DNA of 64,000 nucleotides from Eledone cirrhosa (lineage: Eukaryota): positions 78,554,001 to 78,618,000 of the forward strand of contig OZ024747.1 in assembly GCA_964016885.1 (NCBI GenBank), in the 5' to 3' direction. Positions 59,001 to 64,000 of the stretch are shown here, in pieces. Position numbers and translations under genes: made by a program. Numbering within the stretch: position 1 is the first letter of the stretch; every line of letters begins with the position of its first letter. The notes under the pieces were generated by a model. That model was not told the DNA's origin. It did no database searches and was given only the letters and a program-made list of their open reading frames with translations.

Positions 59001-62000
59001 ACAACAGTGACCACATCTATAGAATTAGACTAATACCTGACACTATCTCATGACAACAGTGACCACAACTATAGAATTAGACTAATACCTGACACTATCT
59101 CATGACAACAGTGACCACAACTATAGAATTAGACTAATACCTGACACTATCTCATGACAACAGTGACCACAACTATAGAATTAGACTAATACCTGACACT
59201 ATCTCATGACAACAGTGACCACAATAATAGAATTAGACTAATACCTGACACTATCTCATGACATCAGTGACCACAACTATAGAATTAGACTAATACCTGA
59301 CACTATCTCATGACAACAGTGACTACAACTATAGAATTAGACTAATACCTGACACTATCTCATGACAACAGTGACCACATCTATAGAATTAGACTAATAC
59401 CTGACACTATCTCATGACAACAGTGACCACAACTATAGAATTAGACTAATACCTGACACTATCTCATGACAACAGTGACCACAACTATAGAATTAGACTA
59501 ATACCTGACACTATCTCATGACAACAGTGACCACAACTATAGAATTAGACTAATACCTGACACTATCTCATGACAACAGTGACCACAACTATAGAATTAG
59601 ACTAATACCTGACACTACCTCATGACAACAGTGACCACAACTATAGAATTAGACTAATACCTGACACTATCTCATGACAACAGTGACCACAACTATAGAA
59701 TTAGACTAATACCTGACACTATCTCATGACAACAGTGACCACAACTATAGAATTAGACTAATACCTGACACTACCTCATGACAACAGTGACCACAACTAT
59801 AGAATTAGACTAATACCTGACACTATCTCACATCAACAGTGACCACAACTATAGAATTAGACTAATACCTGACACTATCTCATGTCAACAGTGACCACAA
59901 CTATAGAATTAGACTAATACCTGACACTATCTCATGACAACAGTGACCACAACTATAGAATTAGACTAATACCTGACACTATCTCATGTCAACAGTGACC
60001 ATAACTATAGAATTAGACTAATACCTGACACTATCTCATGACAACAGTGACCACAACTATAGAATTAGACTAATACCTGACACTATCTCATGTCAACAGT
60101 GACCACAACTATAGAATTAGACTAATACCTGACACTATCTCATGTCAACAGTGACCACAACTATAGAATTAGACTAATACCTGACACTATCTCATGACAA
60201 CAGTGACCACAACTATAGAATTAGACTAATACCTGACACTATCTCATGTCAACAGTGACCACAACTATAGAATTAGACTAATACCTGACACTAGCTCATG
60301 ACAACAGTGACCACAACTATAGAATTAGACTAATACCTGACACTATCTCATGACAACAGTGACCTCAACTATAGAATTAGACTAATACCTGACACTATCT
60401 CACGTCAACAGTGACCACAACTATAGAATTAGACTAATACCTGACACTATCTTATGTCAACAGTGACCACAACTATAGAATTAGACTAATACCTGACACT
60501 ATCTCATGTCAACATTGACCACAACTATAGAATTAGACTAATACCTGACACTATCTCATGACAACAGTGACCACAACTATAGAATTAGACTAATACCTGA
60601 CACTATCTCATGATAACAGTGACCACAACTATAGAATTAGACTAATGCCTGACACAATATCATGATAACAGTGACCACACCTATAGAATTAGACTAATAC
60701 CTGACACTATCTCATGACAACAGTGACCACAACTATAGAATTAGACTAATACCTGACACTATCTCATGACAACAGTGACCACAACTATAGAATTAGACTA
60801 ATACCTGACACTATCTCATGACAACAGTGACCACATCTATAGAATTAGACTAATACCTGACACTATCTCATGACAACAGTGACCACAACTATAGAATTAG
60901 ACTAATACCTGACACTATCTCATGACAACAGTGACCACATCTATAGAATTAGACTAATACCTGACACTATCTCATGACAACAGTGACCACAACTATAGAA
61001 TTAGACTAATACCTGACACTATCTCATGACAACAGTGACCACAACTATAGAATTAGACTAATACCTGACACTATCTCATGACAACAGTGACCACAACTAT
61101 AGAATTAGACTAATACCTGACACTATCTCATGACAACAGTGACCACAATAATAGAATTAGACTAATACCTGACACTATCTCATGACATCAGTGACCACAA
61201 CTATAGAATTAGACTAATACCTGACACTATCTCATGACAACAGTGACTACAACTATAGAATTAGACTAATACCTGACACTATCTCATGACAACAGTGACC
61301 ACATCTATAGAATTAGACTAATACCTGACACTATCTCATGACAACAGTGACCACAACTATAGAATTAGACTAATACCTGACACTATCTCATGACAACAGT
61401 GACCACAACTATAGAATTAGACTAATACCTGACACTATCTCATGACAACAGTGACCACAACTATAGAATTAGACTAATACCTGACACTATCTCATGACAA
61501 CAGTGACCACAACTATAGAATTAGACTAATACCTGACACTACCTCATGACAACAGTGACCACAACTATAGAATTAGACTAATACCTGACACTATCTCATG
61601 ACAACAGTGACCACAACTATAGAATTAGACTAATACCTGACACTATCTCATGACAACAGTGACCACAACTATAGAATTAGACTAATACCTGACACTACCT
61701 CATGACAACAGTGACCACAACTATAGAATTAGACTAATACCTGACACTATCTCACATCAACAGTGACCACAACTATAGAATTAGACTAATACCTGACACT
61801 ATCTCATGTCAACAGTGACCACAACTATAGAATTAGACTAATACCTGACACTATCTCATGACAACAGTGACCACAACTATAGAATTAGACTAATACCTGA
61901 CACTATCTCATGTCAACAGTGACCACAACTATAGAATTTGACTAATACCTGACACTATCTCATGACAACAGTGACCACAACTATAGAATTAGACTAATAC

Positions 62001-62400
62001 CTGACACTATCTCATGTCAACAGTGACCACAACTATAGAATTAGACTAATACCTGACACTATCTCATGTCAACAGTGACCACAACTATAGAATTAGACTA
62101 ATACCTGACACTATCTCATGACAACAGTGACCACAACTATAGAATTAGACTAATACCTGACACTATCTCATGTCAACAGTGACCACAACTATAGAATTAG
62201 ACTAATACCTGACACTATCTCATGACAACAGAGACCACAACTATAGAATTAGACTAATACCTGACACTATCTCATGACAACAGTGACCTCAACTATAGAA
62301 TTAGACTAATACCTGACACTATCTCACGTCAACAGTGACCACAACTATAGAATTAGACTAATACCTGACACTATCTTATGTCAACAGTGACCACAACTAT
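56050..62400 (+). repeat. Overlapping tandem duplications with offsets of 28 (1456 bp) and 37 (1924 bp) monomers
   Basis: A16T 56071/57527, A16G 57267/58723 and C17T 57476/58932 lie at +1456. A16G 58723/60647, A37T 59264/61188 and C45T 59334/61258 lie at +1924. Confidence 0.88.
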
Positions 62401-64000
62401 AGAATTAGACTAATACCTGACACTATCTCATGACAACAGTGACCACAACTATAGAATTAGACTAATACCTGACACTATCTCATGACAACAGTGACCACAA
62501 CTATAGAATTAGACTAATACCTGACACTACCTCATGACAACAGTGACCACAACTATAGAATTAGACTAATACCTGACACTACCTCATGACAACAGTGACC
62601 ACAACTATAGAATTAGACTAATACCTGACACTATCTCATGACAACAGTGACCACAACTATAGAATTAGACTAATACCTGACACTATCTCATGTCAACAGT
62701 GACCACAACTATAGAATTAGACTAATACCTGACACTATCTCATGACAACAGTGACCACAACTATAGAATTAGACTAATACCTGACACTATCTCATGACAA
62801 CAGTGACCACAACTATAGAATTAGACTAATACCTGACACTATCTCACATCAACAGTGACCACAACTATAGAATTAGACTAATACCTGACACTATCTCATG
62901 TCAACAGTGACCACAACTATAGAATTAGACTAATACCTGACACTATCTCATGACAACAGTGACCACAACTATAGAATTAGACTAATACCTGACACTATCT
63001 CATGTCAACAGTGACCACAACTATAGAATTAGACTAATACCTGACACTATCTCATGACAACAGTGACCACAACTATAGAATTAGACTAATACCTGACACT
63101 ATCTCATGTCAACAGTGACCACAACTATAGAATTAGACTAATACCTGACACTATCTCATGTCAACAGTGACCACAACTATAGAATTAGACTAATACCTGA
63201 CACGATCTCATGACAACAGTGACCACAACTATAGAATTAGACTAATACCTGACACTATCTCATGTCAACAGTGACCACAACTATAGAATTAGACTAATAC
63301 CTGACACTATCTCATGACAACAGTGACCACAACTATAGAATTAGACTAATACCTGACACTATCTCATGACAACAGTGACCTCAACTATAGAATTAGACTA
63401 ATACCTGACACTATCTCACGTCAACAGTGACCACAACTATAGAATTAGACTAATACCTGACACTATCTCATGACAACAGTGACCACAACTATAGAATTAG
63501 ACTAATACCTGACACTATCTTATGTCAACAGTGACCACAACTATAGAATTAGACTAATACCTGACACTATCTCATGACAACAGTGACCACAACTATAGAA
63601 TTAGACTAATACCTGACACTATCTCATGACAACAGTGACCACAACTATAGAATTAGACTAATACCTGACACTATCTCATGTCAACAGTGACCACAACTAT
63701 AGAATTAGACTAATACCTGACACTATCTCATGACAACAGTGACCACAACTATAGAATTAGACTAATACCTGACACTATCTCATGACAACAGTGACCTCAA
63801 CTATAGAATTAGACTAATACCTGACACTATCTCACGTCAACAGTGACCACAACTATAGAATTAGACTAATACCTGACACTATCTTATGTCAACAGTGACC
63901 ACAACTATAGAATTAGACTAATACCTGACACTATCTCATGACAACAGTGACCACAACTATAGAATTAGACTAATACCTGACACTATCTCATGACAACAGT

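Larger units (their letters stand above)
41964..64000 (+). repeat. 52-bp tandem satellite array, right part (about 424 monomers)
   Basis: Same monomer and orientation as the left part. The register shifts by -1 after about 52770. The array runs off the right edge of the window. Confidence 0.99.

Noticed and set aside
1-64000. CRISPR array
   Set aside because: The repeats abut directly with no unique spacers, and there is no leader or cas gene. The one unique 69-bp segment replaces repeat sequence rather than lying between intact repeats.
1-64000. Repetitive protein-coding ORF on either strand
   Set aside because: 52 is not a multiple of 3, so reading cycles through all frames every 156 nt. 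The monomer has several TAG, TAA and TGA triplets on both strands, so every frame closes within a few dozen codons.
1-64000. Telomerase-synthesised telomeric repeat
   Set aside because: The strand skew (C 13 vs G 6, A 21 vs T 12) is telomere-like, but 52 bp is far longer than known telomerase repeat units and there are no G-runs. Variants are inherited in kb-scale duplicated blocks, which points to recombination rather than templated addition.
1-64000. Variant pattern as an encoded message or programmed diversification system
   Set aside because: The order of variants is explained by nested tandem duplications of whole monomers. No recombinase, reverse transcriptase or template region is present in the window.

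Overview
The whole 64 kb window is one head-to-tail tandem array of a 52-bp monomer (consensus TAGAATTAGACTAATACCTGACACTATCTCATGACAACAGTGACCACAACTA, 36.5% GC, about 1,230 copies, all in one orientation). It looks like eukaryotic satellite DNA, but I cannot assign the family or organism. I see no protein-coding genes, RNA genes, CRISPR arrays or recognisable transposons. Monomers differ almost only by substitutions. Ordered strings of rare variants reveal nested tandem duplications or higher-order repeats with offsets of 2, 10, 28, 37, 52, 58-61, 63/66, 78/83 and 101 monomers. Only two events break the pattern. One is a 69-bp AT-rich non-satellite segment at 41895-41963 that keeps the 52-bp register exactly, so it behaves as a same-length replacement rather than a simple insertion. 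The other is a single 1-bp deletion near 52770. One monomer site shows a CG/TG/CA/TA series consistent with methyl-CpG decay. All coordinates and counts were read by eye, and monomer positions are numbered from the T of TAGAATT.
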